Origin: an uncultured Spirochaetaceae bacterium
GTDB lineage: Bacteria; Spirochaetota; Spirochaetia; DTKZ01
Reading direction: 5' to 3'
Length of the DNA: 64,000 nucleotides
NCBI GenBank assembly: GCA_964397655.1
Contig: CAYNKA010000003.1
Span: 240,938 to 304,937, forward strand
The notes under the pieces were generated by a model that had not been told where the DNA came from, did not search any database, and worked only from the letters and a program-made list of their open reading frames with translations. The position numbers and the translations under genes were made by a program. Position 1 is the stretch's first letter; each line of letters starts with the position of its first letter. This document shows positions 1 to 7,819 of the stretch, piece by piece.

Positions 1-22
1 CTCTCCGACTTCCCGTGCTCGC

Positions 23-51
23 TTGACAGTGAAATTTCCATCCTTTAAGAT
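23..51 (+). promoter_or_regulatory. sigma-70-like promoter: TTGACA (23-28), 17-nt spacer, TAAGAT (46-51), upstream of the ResB-like gene
   Basis: Sequence match to the -35/-10 consensus with 17-nt spacing; no experimental support. Confidence 0.35.
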
Positions 52-82
52 CGAAGCGAAACCTGAATCCGGAGTATTATAG

Positions 83-1033
83 TTGACTATCATAGAGCGT
101 CTACGATCCGTAAAACTAGCGGTCGGCCTTCTGCTCTACCTCACCGTGGGCGGAGTTCTGGCGACTCTCATCCCCCAAGGTCTGGACCAGTCCTATTATC
201 AAGGCCACTATCCCAAGCTCTTGGCGGAATTCATCCTCCAAACCCGCTTCGATCGTTTCTTCACGTCCCTCCTCTTCCTCTTTCCCTCCCTGCTTTTCAT
301 CCTGAATCTGGCGGCCTGTTCGGTCCATCGATTCGTACGGGAACTGAAGAAGGTCCGCGGCCCGAAACGATTCGGCCCCGACATACTCCACTTCGGACTC
401 ATCCTACTTTCGGTCGGAGCCGTCGTTTCCTTCTCGTCGAGGCAGGAGGGCTTCGTCGAGCTTTCCGTGGGCGACAAGATCGAGATCCCGGGGGGCTTTC
501 TCCTCAGTCTCGTCGACTTTCAGTACCTTACCTATGCCGACGGGAGGCCGAAAGACTGGATCTCAACGGTAAAGGTCACGAAAGGAAACGAAACGGTACG
601 CGAGCGTTTCGACATCCGGGTGAACCATCCTCTTTCCGTCGGAAGCGTCACGCTGTACCAGGTTTCCCACGGGAGCCAGCTTCAGCTCGTGCTCGAGGAG
701 CGGAGTGGCAAGACCCTCACCCTCACCCAGGGAGAACGGATCACCAGGGGAGATGCGGCACTCTTCTTCATGGCGCCAGACGACAAGACGGGCGAGGGGG
801 CGAATAGAAAGGCGATCATCCATCGAGTGACGCCGGCCGGAAGTTCCGTGATACGAGCCGGCGTCGGTGACAAGGTAGGAGACCTCGCGGTGAAAAGCAT
901 CCAGCAGACGGACATCACGGGCATAGAGGCCGTTTCGGACCCCGGGTTGCTGCCGGTGTTCGCGGCCTTCATCATCATCACGATCGGACTCGCCCTCACG
1001 TTCTTTCAAAAGATAGGAGACCGTCCGAAATGA
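83..1033 (+). CDS. resB: Cytochrome c biogenesis protein, short ResB/Ccs1-like form (System II)
   Basis: N-terminal TM helices, a His-containing TM segment, periplasmic region with VNHPL...LYQVSHG, and a C-terminal TM helix. TTG start at 83. Its stop overlaps the CcsA start (ATGA). Confidence 0.7.
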   Translation: MTIIERLRSVKLAVGLLLYLTVGGVLATLIPQGLDQSYYQGHYPKLLAEFILQTRFDRFFTSLLFLFPSLLFILNLAACSVHRFVRELKKVRGPKRFGPDILHFGLILLSVGAVVSFSSRQEGFVELSVGDKIEIPGGFLLSLVDFQYLTYADGRPKDWISTVKVTKGNETVRERFDIRVNHPLSVGSVTLYQVSHGSQLQLVLEERSGKTLTLTQGERITRGDAALFFMAPDDKTGEGANRKAIIHRVTPAGSSVIRAGVGDKVGDLAVKSIQQTDITGIEAVSDPGLLPVFAAFIIITIGLALTFFQKIGDRPK

Positions 1034-1812
1034 CCACGCTCGCATTCATCCTTCTCGTCCTTGCGGCCGGAAGCCAGACAGCATTTTTATTCAGGAAAGG
1101 AAAAAAAGAAGATCCGTTTCCGGCATATCTCGCGCTCGGCGCGGCTCTCCTTCTCTTCGGCGTCATCGCATGGAGGAGCTTCGAGATGAGTTTCGTAGCC
1201 TTGACGAACACCTTCGAATCGCTCGTGTTCTACTCGGGAGTCGTGGCCGTCCTCGTATTCGTGTATCGCAAACAGAAAAGACTGCCTTTCAACCCCTTCG
1301 TCCAATTCGGCGCACTGATGGCTTCGATCGTATTCCTCGCTCTCGCATCGTCTCCGCTCGCCCCGAAGGCGGTCCTGCCCCCCATCCCCGCGCTCAAATC
1401 ATACTGGCTCGTGCTCCATGTGGCCTTTTCCTTCATCGGAGAGGCGTTCTTCGTCGTGTCCTTCGTCGCATCCCTGGCGTTTCTCGCATCGAGAAGCGAG
1501 GAGCGGAAGCTCGCCTTCGACAGGATCACCTACACCGCCATTGCAGTCGGATACCCCGTCTTCACGGCCGGAGCGCTGATCTTCGGCGCGGTTTGGGCCG
1601 AACGGGCCTGGGGCCGATACTGGAGTTGGGACCCGAAGGAAACCTGGGCCCTCGTAACTTGGCTCGTCTATACAGCTTATCTCCACATACGGCTCATCAG
1701 AAAACGGGAAGACCGGCTCCCCTCGCTTCTTTCGGTAGTAGGATTCCTCTCTACTCTTTTCACGTTCTTCGGGGTAAACTTTCTCCTGAAAGGCCTGCAC
1801 AGTTACGGCTGA
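1030..1812 (+). CDS. ccsA: Cytochrome c-type biogenesis protein CcsA/ResC (heme exporter with WWD domain)
   Basis: WGRYWSWDPKETWALVTW WWD motif, multiple TM helices, translationally coupled to the resB-like gene. Confidence 0.88.
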   Translation: MTTLAFILLVLAAGSQTAFLFRKGKKEDPFPAYLALGAALLLFGVIAWRSFEMSFVALTNTFESLVFYSGVVAVLVFVYRKQKRLPFNPFVQFGALMASIVFLALASSPLAPKAVLPPIPALKSYWLVLHVAFSFIGEAFFVVSFVASLAFLASRSEERKLAFDRITYTAIAVGYPVFTAGALIFGAVWAERAWGRYWSWDPKETWALVTWLVYTAYLHIRLIRKREDRLPSLLSVVGFLSTLFTFFGVNFLLKGLHSYG

Positions 1813-1833
1813 AGCGGAAAGGAGAAGGCGCAC

Positions 1834-2229
1834 ATGAAGAATAAACTCCGAAGCATCTACGAGAAGATCCTCGCGGACATCGAAACCCTACCATCCCACT
1901 CCGATGAAGAAATCGCCGCTGCCGCACGACACCTCTCGATGATGGCTTACCAGTGCCCGGTGGATTTCACCTTGAAGGATTTCCTCTTCTCCACGAAAAG
2001 CGACCTCGAAGATGAGCTCGCCCGTATCGCAAACCTGTCGCCGGAAGAGCTCAGGCGCAAACCGTCACAGGTCGAGGAATGGCCGGATATGCCTACTGAG
2101 GATGACGTCGAGCGCAACAGGATCCGAAGGATGGAATTCCTCTTCAGGGAATTCAGAGACCTCACGCGATTGCGTTCGAACGATCCTAAGGCGTGGGACA
2201 AGATCAACGAACTTTACTATGACGACTGA
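1834..2229 (+). CDS. Hypothetical small acidic protein (131 aa), first gene of a pair with the DUF4062-like gene
   Basis: AAGGAG RBS 7 nt upstream of the ATG. Its stop lies 12 nt before the GTG start of the next gene. No recognisable domain. Confidence 0.6.
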   Translation: MKNKLRSIYEKILADIETLPSHSDEEIAAAARHLSMMAYQCPVDFTLKDFLFSTKSDLEDELARIANLSPEELRRKPSQVEEWPDMPTEDDVERNRIRRMEFLFREFRDLTRLRSNDPKAWDKINELYYDD

Positions 2230-2241
2230 GGAGCCGGCAGC

Positions 2242-3999
2242 GTGTCAACGGCCGGGGACGTCGTCCGAATCTATATCTCCACCACCTACGACGACATGCA
2301 TTCGGAACGGGACGTTCTGGCACGAGAAGTCTTCCCCAGACTCCGGGAAAGGTTCGGGCCTCGCGGAATCCATGTGGTAGGAGTTGATCTTCGATGGGGC
2401 GTCGAAGGCGAGAGGGACGAGGACCTGGGAATCATACTCGACGAGATTGAACGGAGTAGACCCTTCTTCGTCGGCATCCTCGGCGAGCGATACGGCCGAG
2501 CGGCCTCCGTCCCCGACGGGATCTCCCCCTATGGGATTCCCGACGCTTCCGGCCTCGACAGACCCATTGAAGCCGGCAACGGGCTTTCCCTAACCGCCAT
2601 GGAAATCCTCCATGGAGTTCTCGAGCATCCGGAGACGAAGGAGACCTCGTTCTTCTATTTGCGGGATCCCGGATTTTCTGTTCACGTGCCTGAGTACAAG
2701 CGTCGAGAATTCGTACACGAATCCGAGGAAGCCGTCCGAAAACTCGCGGAAATCAAGGATCGCATCCGCGGACTGTATGCAGACATTCCCGCCAACCTCT
2801 TCGAAGCATATCCCTGTTCCTTCGCGGGGCTCGAGATCGACTGGCACAAGCATCGCCAGCACCTCGCGAATCGACTCGCACCGAAGGATTTCGCCATCAT
2901 AGCCGGCGATGCAGAAACGGGAAATCCCGTTTCCGAGAAAAACCTCCTCAGACTATGCGACGAGGCTCTTTCCGTATTCGCAAAGCACTCGGTCGTGCGC
3001 CTCTCGAATCTCGACGAATTCTCGGAAAGGATCTATCGGGACCTTCAAAACGCTATCGAGGACAAATTCCTGCCGTATCGGAAACATTACCTCCGTCCCC
3101 AAGTGGAGCTTTATAGGAAAGCGGAACACATCCTCCGTCCCCAAAAGATCACCAATTGCATGGAACGGCTCGAAGAGGAGAACGGGAAAGAAACCGTTAA
3201 GGCGACCTTATCGCTTATCGCATGTTCCGAAGAAGGACTCTATGAAGACGAGTTATCGGTACTCACGGCAAGCATCGCGATGCCGTTGCCACCGATGAAA
3301 TGGGCAAGGATGTATCGTAGGATGGCAGACTATCTCAGGGACGGAGGAAGAGAGGGAATTATCGAGTTTATTAACCCCGACTTCAAGGATGAGGTATTCA
3401 AACGCTATATTCCTGACAAGAAAACTGAAAGGAAAATCTATTCGGCAATAGCGAAATATGCATTCGTGCAATATTTGACTATATCGTCGACAGATGAAAT
3501 CCCGAGGGACGGAGGAAAGAAAACCAACACATTAAGGACTGTGGAAAAGCCTCTCATCGGTCCAGTACGGCATGCAGGCATCTACTGTCTTCGGGCGGCG
3601 AACAAGGACAGGACCTTCGATCTTATCGCATCGCTCCTTTCCCTAACAAAAGATCAATTCGAAAAATACAAGGTAATTTTCGACCTTATGACCGAAATGA
3701 TGTCATCCTCCGTCCCCGAAAAAGATCTTTTATTCTTCCCAATACTCGAAGCAGTTCTCGATGTATTCATCGAGACGAGGAAAGACAGGGCGGAACTCGT
3801 AAGACTATCGGAATTCCTTTACGGTTCAGCAAATGATTCGGTAAAAAAAGGTAGGAATGTATGGGGAAAAGCATTTGCGACAATAGCACTCAAGACAATC
3901 GATGCTGCATCACTAGTTAAAGCAAAAAAATCCTACCGGATCAATTCAATCATGCTAAGGTCGTTAAGGGATAGGATTCTCGAAATATCAGGAAAATAG
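2242..3999 (+). CDS. DUF4062-like N-terminal domain protein with an alpha-helical C-terminal region. Mosaic gene: GC drops sharply near 3000-3100.
   Basis: N-terminus IYISTTYDDMHSERDVL...VGVDLRWGV...FFVGILGERYG and SLTAMEILHGVL...SFFYLRD resemble the DUF4062 signature seen at N-termini of NWD1-type STAND proteins. No P-loop is present. GTG start with GAGGAG RBS. The frame stays open through about 1 kb of AT-rich sequence. Confidence 0.65.
   Translation: MSTAGDVVRIYISTTYDDMHSERDVLAREVFPRLRERFGPRGIHVVGVDLRWGVEGERDEDLGIILDEIERSRPFFVGILGERYGRAASVPDGISPYGIPDASGLDRPIEAGNGLSLTAMEILHGVLEHPETKETSFFYLRDPGFSVHVPEYKRREFVHESEEAVRKLAEIKDRIRGLYADIPANLFEAYPCSFAGLEIDWHKHRQHLANRLAPKDFAIIAGDAETGNPVSEKNLLRLCDEALSVFAKHSVVRLSNLDEFSERIYRDLQNAIEDKFLPYRKHYLRPQVELYRKAEHILRPQKITNCMERLEEENGKETVKATLSLIACSEEGLYEDELSVLTASIAMPLPPMKWARMYRRMADYLRDGGREGIIEFINPDFKDEVFKRYIPDKKTERKIYSAIAKYAFVQYLTISSTDEIPRDGGKKTNTLRTVEKPLIGPVRHAGIYCLRAANKDRTFDLIASLLSLTKDQFEKYKVIFDLMTEMMSSSVPEKDLLFFPILEAVLDVFIETRKDRAELVRLSEFLYGSANDSVKKGRNVWGKAFATIALKTIDAASLVKAKKSYRINSIMLRSLRDRILEISGK
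3090..3100 (+). repeat. CCTCCGTCCCC motif, copy 1 of 10 (reverse-complement copies are called GGGACGGAGG)
   Basis: Exact 11-mer. The other copies are at 3132-3142, 3338-3348 (rc, 10-mer), 3506-3516 (rc, 10-mer), 3707-3717, 4590-4600, 4680-4690 (rc), 8132-8142, 28794-28804 (rc, 10-mer) and 28850-28860 (rc). Confidence 0.8.
3132..3142 (+). repeat. CCTCCGTCCCC motif, copy 2, direct repeat 42 nt from copy 1
   Basis: Exact 11-mer. Confidence 0.8.
3338..3348 (-). repeat. GGGACGGAGGA, reverse-complement copy of the motif
   Basis: Exact 10-mer core GGGACGGAGG followed by AAG. Confidence 0.75.
3506..3516 (-). repeat. GGGACGGAGGA, reverse-complement copy of the motif
   Basis: Exact 10-mer core followed by AAAG. 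Confidence 0.75.
3707..3717 (+). repeat. CCTCCGTCCCC motif copy
   Basis: Exact 11-mer. The flanks carry small palindromes GATGtCATC and AAAAGATCTTTT. Confidence 0.75.
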
Positions 4000-4018
4000 G
4001 CAGGTAGTCCATGATTTA

Positions 4019-4546
4019 TTAGTAATCGGCCAGGAGCAAGCTGTCACATATTAAAGGCTCCATGAGATGAAGATACAACTCCGGTTCTTCTATTATCCTA
4101 TAATCTCGATTACGAATAAAACAAACGCCATTATATCGATAAGCCAATGGGGAATGGACAAGTCCGGCCCTCACGGGATTCTCGGTGATGTAGCGAAATG
4201 TATGTAAAAAATCTCGAAATTCAGAGACGATTTTACTTTTGAATCTATCGTACCAGACATGCCCGCTTAAGGCATTAGTCCTGTTAAATCGAATTGCGAA
4301 TGTCGATAGAATCCACTGCATGATCCGCGACAAGTTCTCATTTCCACCCGGTTTTATCATGAAGTGGATATGATTTCCCATGATGCAAAAGTTGATGAGC
4401 TTGAAATCAAATCTCTTTTTTGCGCGACTCAGCACGGAAAGAAACATTTCCTTCATTTCAGGAGAATGAAGAATAAATTCCTTTCGATTAGCCCGTGCGA
4501 CAACGTGATAAATACCGTCTTTCACAAGCATCCTTGGCTTTCTCAT
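4019..4546 (-). mobile_element. REP-associated tyrosine transposase (RAYT) / IS200-like Y1 HuH transposase, 175 aa
   Basis: GIYHVVARANRKEFIL N-terminal pattern, HuH motif MGNHIHFMIKP, C-terminal W-YDRF...ITENPVRAGLV. AT-rich like its surroundings and flanked on both sides by CCTCCGTCCCC-family repeats. Confidence 0.8.
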
Positions 4547-4586
4547 GCTCTATTGCACGAAATGAAAATACACCATGCTTTTATTA

Positions 4587-4693
4587 TTTCCTCCGTCCCC
4601 CGGATTATTCACGCTTTACCTTGCGATCCTCCTCCTCTTTATTGTACGATAAGGGACCGTGAAACACCTGCCAATAGTCGGGGACGGAGGAAA
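4587..4693. repeat. Perfect 14-bp inverted repeat TTTCCTCCGTCCCC (4587-4600) / GGGGACGGAGGAAA (4680-4693), separated by a 79-nt loop
   Basis: Exact reverse complements. It lies between the RAYT start and the Hsp33 start, and the Hsp33 GTG at 4659 sits inside the loop. Confidence 0.8.
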
Positions 4694-5591
4694 GGCGGTC
4701 TTTGAATCGAACCACCTTCTTTCATTCATCCTCGAAGGAGTCAACGTACGAGGCGCTCTGTTAAGGGGTACTCGCATGATCGCCGAGATGCGTGCGAATC
4801 ACAGGCTTGGACCCTTGGAAACACTCGTTCTCGGACATGCATATATCGCCGCAGGGCTCCTAACCTTGGGAATGAAAGGAAAGGATCGACTCAACCTGAG
4901 AATCGAGACAACGGGTCCGTTTCAAGGTTTTTCTGTCGACTCGAACGCGGCGGGCGATGTGCGGGGCTTTCTACTCAAAAATCCCATCGATCTGGAATTA
5001 GACAGACTCGATGACCTGAGTCTCGCTTCGCTTTGGGGCAAAGGACATCTCGTCCTGACACGCTATTCCGAAGGTGCAGCGAGTCCTTTCGTCGGAAGGG
5101 TTCAACTTGAAGAAGGAAGTCTCGCCCTGAATCTTGCGCGCTATTTCCTCAGATCCGAACAAATACCTTCCGCCTTTGCATTGAGTACGCACTTCGATCG
5201 GCTCGGGAATCTCCTCGGGGCGGGAGGATTATATCTGCAGGCCCTTCCCGGCGCGGATGCACATACCATCACGGAACTGGAGGCCCGAATTGAATCCCTT
5301 CCCTCCTTGGGGACGGAGGTCGCGAATGGTGGGTCTTCCTCAGAATACATCGAAGCCAATTTCGGCATGTTTTTCCCGAAATTCCTCGAGTCGCGGCGGG
5401 TGGAGTTCTTCTGCCCCTGCAGTGCCGAGCGTTTCGCCGGTTTCATGGGCGCGCTGCCGATCGAGGAACTCCGCGACATGGCGGAAAACGGGCCCTTCCC
5501 CGTGAGAACCGTTTGTCACAACTGCAATTCCGATTACGAGTTCAGCCGTGACGAAATCCAGGCCCTGCTTTCAAGGCGGGAAACCGACTGA
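4659..5591 (+). CDS. hslO: Hsp33 redox-regulated chaperone (33 kDa chaperonin)
   Basis: Conserved N-terminal VRGALL...HRLGPLETLVLGHAYIAAGLL and C-terminal zinc centre FFCPCSAERF ... CHNCNSDYEF. GTG start. Confidence 0.85.
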   Translation: MKHLPIVGDGGKAVFESNHLLSFILEGVNVRGALLRGTRMIAEMRANHRLGPLETLVLGHAYIAAGLLTLGMKGKDRLNLRIETTGPFQGFSVDSNAAGDVRGFLLKNPIDLELDRLDDLSLASLWGKGHLVLTRYSEGAASPFVGRVQLEEGSLALNLARYFLRSEQIPSAFALSTHFDRLGNLLGAGGLYLQALPGADAHTITELEARIESLPSLGTEVANGGSSSEYIEANFGMFFPKFLESRRVEFFCPCSAERFAGFMGALPIEELRDMAENGPFPVRTVCHNCNSDYEFSRDEIQALLSRRETD

Positions 5592-5601
5592 AGAGCGGCT
5601 C

Positions 5602-6993
5602 ATGAACGAAAAAAAACGAAGCTCGACCGACAGGATCGGGACCGAAAACATCGGAAAACTACTCGTATCCTTCTCCGTCCCCGCCATCATCGGAATGCTG
5701 GTGAACGCACTATATAACATCGTCGACCGCATCTACGTCGGCCAGGGTATCGGGGCCCTCGGAATCGCCGGCATATCAGTCACGATGCCGGTAACCATGG
5801 TGCTCATGGCTTCCTCCATGATCGTCGGAATCGGGGCGAACGCGCTCTTCGCCATCCGACTGGGCGAGGGAAAAGAGCATGAGGTCGAGAAAATCATGGG
5901 ACACGCATTCGCCCTTCTCTTCGCCCTGCCGTTCATCGTGGTGGTATTCAGTCTGGTTTTCATGGATAGGATTCTCGTTCTCCTCGGAGCAAGCCGAGCT
6001 GTCCTCCCCTATGCCGAGGTCTATCTCAGAATTATCCTCTACGGAGGAGTCTTCGCGGCGATGAGTCCGGGAATAAACCATTTCATACGCTCGGACGGCC
6101 ATCCGCGCACCTCGATGTTCACTCAGCTTCTCGGCGCGGGACTCAACATCATACTCGATCCCATCTTCATCTTCGTTCTCGGCTGGGGAATCGCGGGTGC
6201 CGCCTGGGCGACGATCATTTCCCAATTCGTCTCCTTCGTCTGGGTCATGTTCTACTTCAACTCCAGGTGGACGCATCTCAGGTTCCGGGTCGTGAACATG
6301 AGGTTGGAAATCCGTCTCGTCCTTTCGATCATGGCGATCGGTTTCGCGCCTTTCGCCATGCAAATGGCGATGAGCCTCCTCAACGCCATACTGAACCGCA
6401 CGCTCCTCGCCTATGGAGGCGACGTGGCGGTTTCCGCGATGGGAATCATCTACAGCATCCTCATCGTCATCATGATGCCGCTCATGGGACTCAATCAGGG
6501 AGCGCAGCCGATCATCGGCTACAACTACGGGGCCCGCCGGTACGATCGCGTGAAAAAAGCCTTCAAATATGCGGTGCTCTCGGCGACGGTCTTCATCACC
6601 GCGGGATTTGTATTTATCCAGCTCTTTCCCGCGTTCTTCATATCGGTTTTCAGCAAGAACGACAGCGCCCTTCTCGAACTCGGCTCGCGTGCCCTTCGTA
6701 TCTGCACCTTGATGTTTCCCCTCGTGGGTTTCCATATCATGTCTTCCAATTTCTTCCAGGCGATCGGAAAGCCGAAGGAAGGAATCGTCCTGAGCCTCTC
6801 GAGGCAGATACTCTTTCTCGTCCCGCTCATTCTGGTCCTTCCGAGATTCTTCGGCCTCTACGGAGTCTATTTCGCGATGCCTCTCGCGGACTCGGCCTCC
6901 TGCACTCTTTCAGGCGTCCTCGTCTACAGGGAGATGAAAAAACTGCGTGTTGAAGAAACCATCGTTCCTTCGTCGGCCCCCGAGGGTGTATAA
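5602..6993 (+). CDS. MATE family efflux transporter
   Basis: 12-TM NorM/MATE architecture. Start chosen at MNEKKRS. The ORF extends upstream to 5548 and overlaps the hslO 3' end. Confidence 0.85.
   Translation: MNEKKRSSTDRIGTENIGKLLVSFSVPAIIGMLVNALYNIVDRIYVGQGIGALGIAGISVTMPVTMVLMASSMIVGIGANALFAIRLGEGKEHEVEKIMGHAFALLFALPFIVVVFSLVFMDRILVLLGASRAVLPYAEVYLRIILYGGVFAAMSPGINHFIRSDGHPRTSMFTQLLGAGLNIILDPIFIFVLGWGIAGAAWATIISQFVSFVWVMFYFNSRWTHLRFRVVNMRLEIRLVLSIMAIGFAPFAMQMAMSLLNAILNRTLLAYGGDVAVSAMGIIYSILIVIMMPLMGLNQGAQPIIGYNYGARRYDRVKKAFKYAVLSATVFITAGFVFIQLFPAFFISVFSKNDSALLELGSRALRICTLMFPLVGFHIMSSNFFQAIGKPKEGIVLSLSRQILFLVPLILVLPRFFGLYGVYFAMPLADSASCTLSGVLVYREMKKLRVEETIVPSSAPEGV
6985..6992 (+). promoter_or_regulatory. 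Extended -10 element TGTATAAT upstream of the flavodoxin/ferredoxin gene
   Basis: TGnTATAAT match, then AAGGAGG RBS at 7004-7010 and ATG at 7019. Confidence 0.35.
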
Positions 6994-7018
6994 TTTACCC
7001 ATGAAGGAGGTTGGGGGC

Positions 7019-7819
7019 ATGGGAACTTCGATCTATTTTTACAGCGGGACCGGCAACTCCCTCTGGGCCGCCCGCAAGCTTGCCGAAGGGCTCGAGGACG
7101 CCCGGGTCCACTCCATAGCCGGCTTCCGAAAAACGAAGGAACCTCCCGCCGCGTCGGAAACGCTGGGGCTCGTCTTTCCCGTCTACATCTGGGGAGTCCC
7201 CGGACCTGTCGTCGATTTCCTCGACGACCTGATCGCCGTGAAACCGTCGTATTTCTTCGCCGTTGCGGTGAACGGCGGCCAGGTCGCCGGAACGCTCGTC
7301 GAACTCGAAAAGCTTCTGCTCGCACGGGGGATGCTTCTCTCCGCCGGCTTCGGCCTGGTGATGCCTTCGAACTACGTCGCCTGGGGAGGTCCGGGCCCCG
7401 AGGAAAAGCTGGCGAGGATCTACCGGGCGGCAGGAGAAAAAATCGATTCCATTCGCGGAATAGTCAAACGGCAGGAATCGATGCCCGTGGAGCGAGGTCC
7501 CTTCTGGCAGCGTTCGCTTCTGAGCCTCGCCCACAAGATGAGCTACGCCCACGTTCCGGGCATGGACAAGGCCTTCTTTTCCGACGAGAAGTGCGACGGC
7601 TGCGGGATCTGTGCGAAGGTGTGTCCTGCCGATAACGTCTCCATCGAGAACGGCCGGCCGGTCTGGCATCACGGCTGCGAGCAATGCTTCGCCTGCATCC
7701 AATGGTGTCCGCGCGCCGCGATCCAGGCGGGCAAGAAGACCTCCGGATACGAGCGATATCATCATCCCGAGGTGACGCTCAAGGACATGATAGCTTCGAG
7801 GATGCCGGCCGGCAATTAA
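7019..7819 (+). CDS. Flavodoxin-like domain fused to a 4Fe-4S dicluster ferredoxin domain
   Basis: N-terminal IYFYSGTGNS flavodoxin-like motif. C-terminal CDGCGICAKVCP and CEQCFACIQWCP cysteine clusters. RBS AAGGAGG. Confidence 0.75.
   Translation: MGTSIYFYSGTGNSLWAARKLAEGLEDARVHSIAGFRKTKEPPAASETLGLVFPVYIWGVPGPVVDFLDDLIAVKPSYFFAVAVNGGQVAGTLVELEKLLLARGMLLSAGFGLVMPSNYVAWGGPGPEEKLARIYRAAGEKIDSIRGIVKRQESMPVERGPFWQRSLLSLAHKMSYAHVPGMDKAFFSDEKCDGCGICAKVCPADNVSIENGRPVWHHGCEQCFACIQWCPRAAIQAGKKTSGYERYHHPEVTLKDMIASRMPAGN

Noticed and set aside
3000-3999. Possibility that the AT-rich 3' half of the 585-aa ORF is non-coding REP/IS debris
   Set aside because: About 1 kb stays open in a single frame through roughly 40% GC sequence, where random ORFs are short, and no competing ORF exists. 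It is kept as coding, but flagged as mosaic.
5776-6735. Long antisense ORFs in the track, e.g. 5776-6735(-), 8179-9708(+), 13300-14115(+), 15348-16163(+), 21085-22248(+), 33598-36234(-), 40312-43089(-), 40992-43127(+), 45102-46898(-), 48090-50408(-), 54965-57487(-), 61052-63781(-)
   Set aside because: Each lies opposite a gene with clear family motifs. Their products are Arg/Gly/Pro/Asp-rich low-complexity sequences typical of stop-poor frames in ~65% GC DNA, with no RBS or start-codon context.
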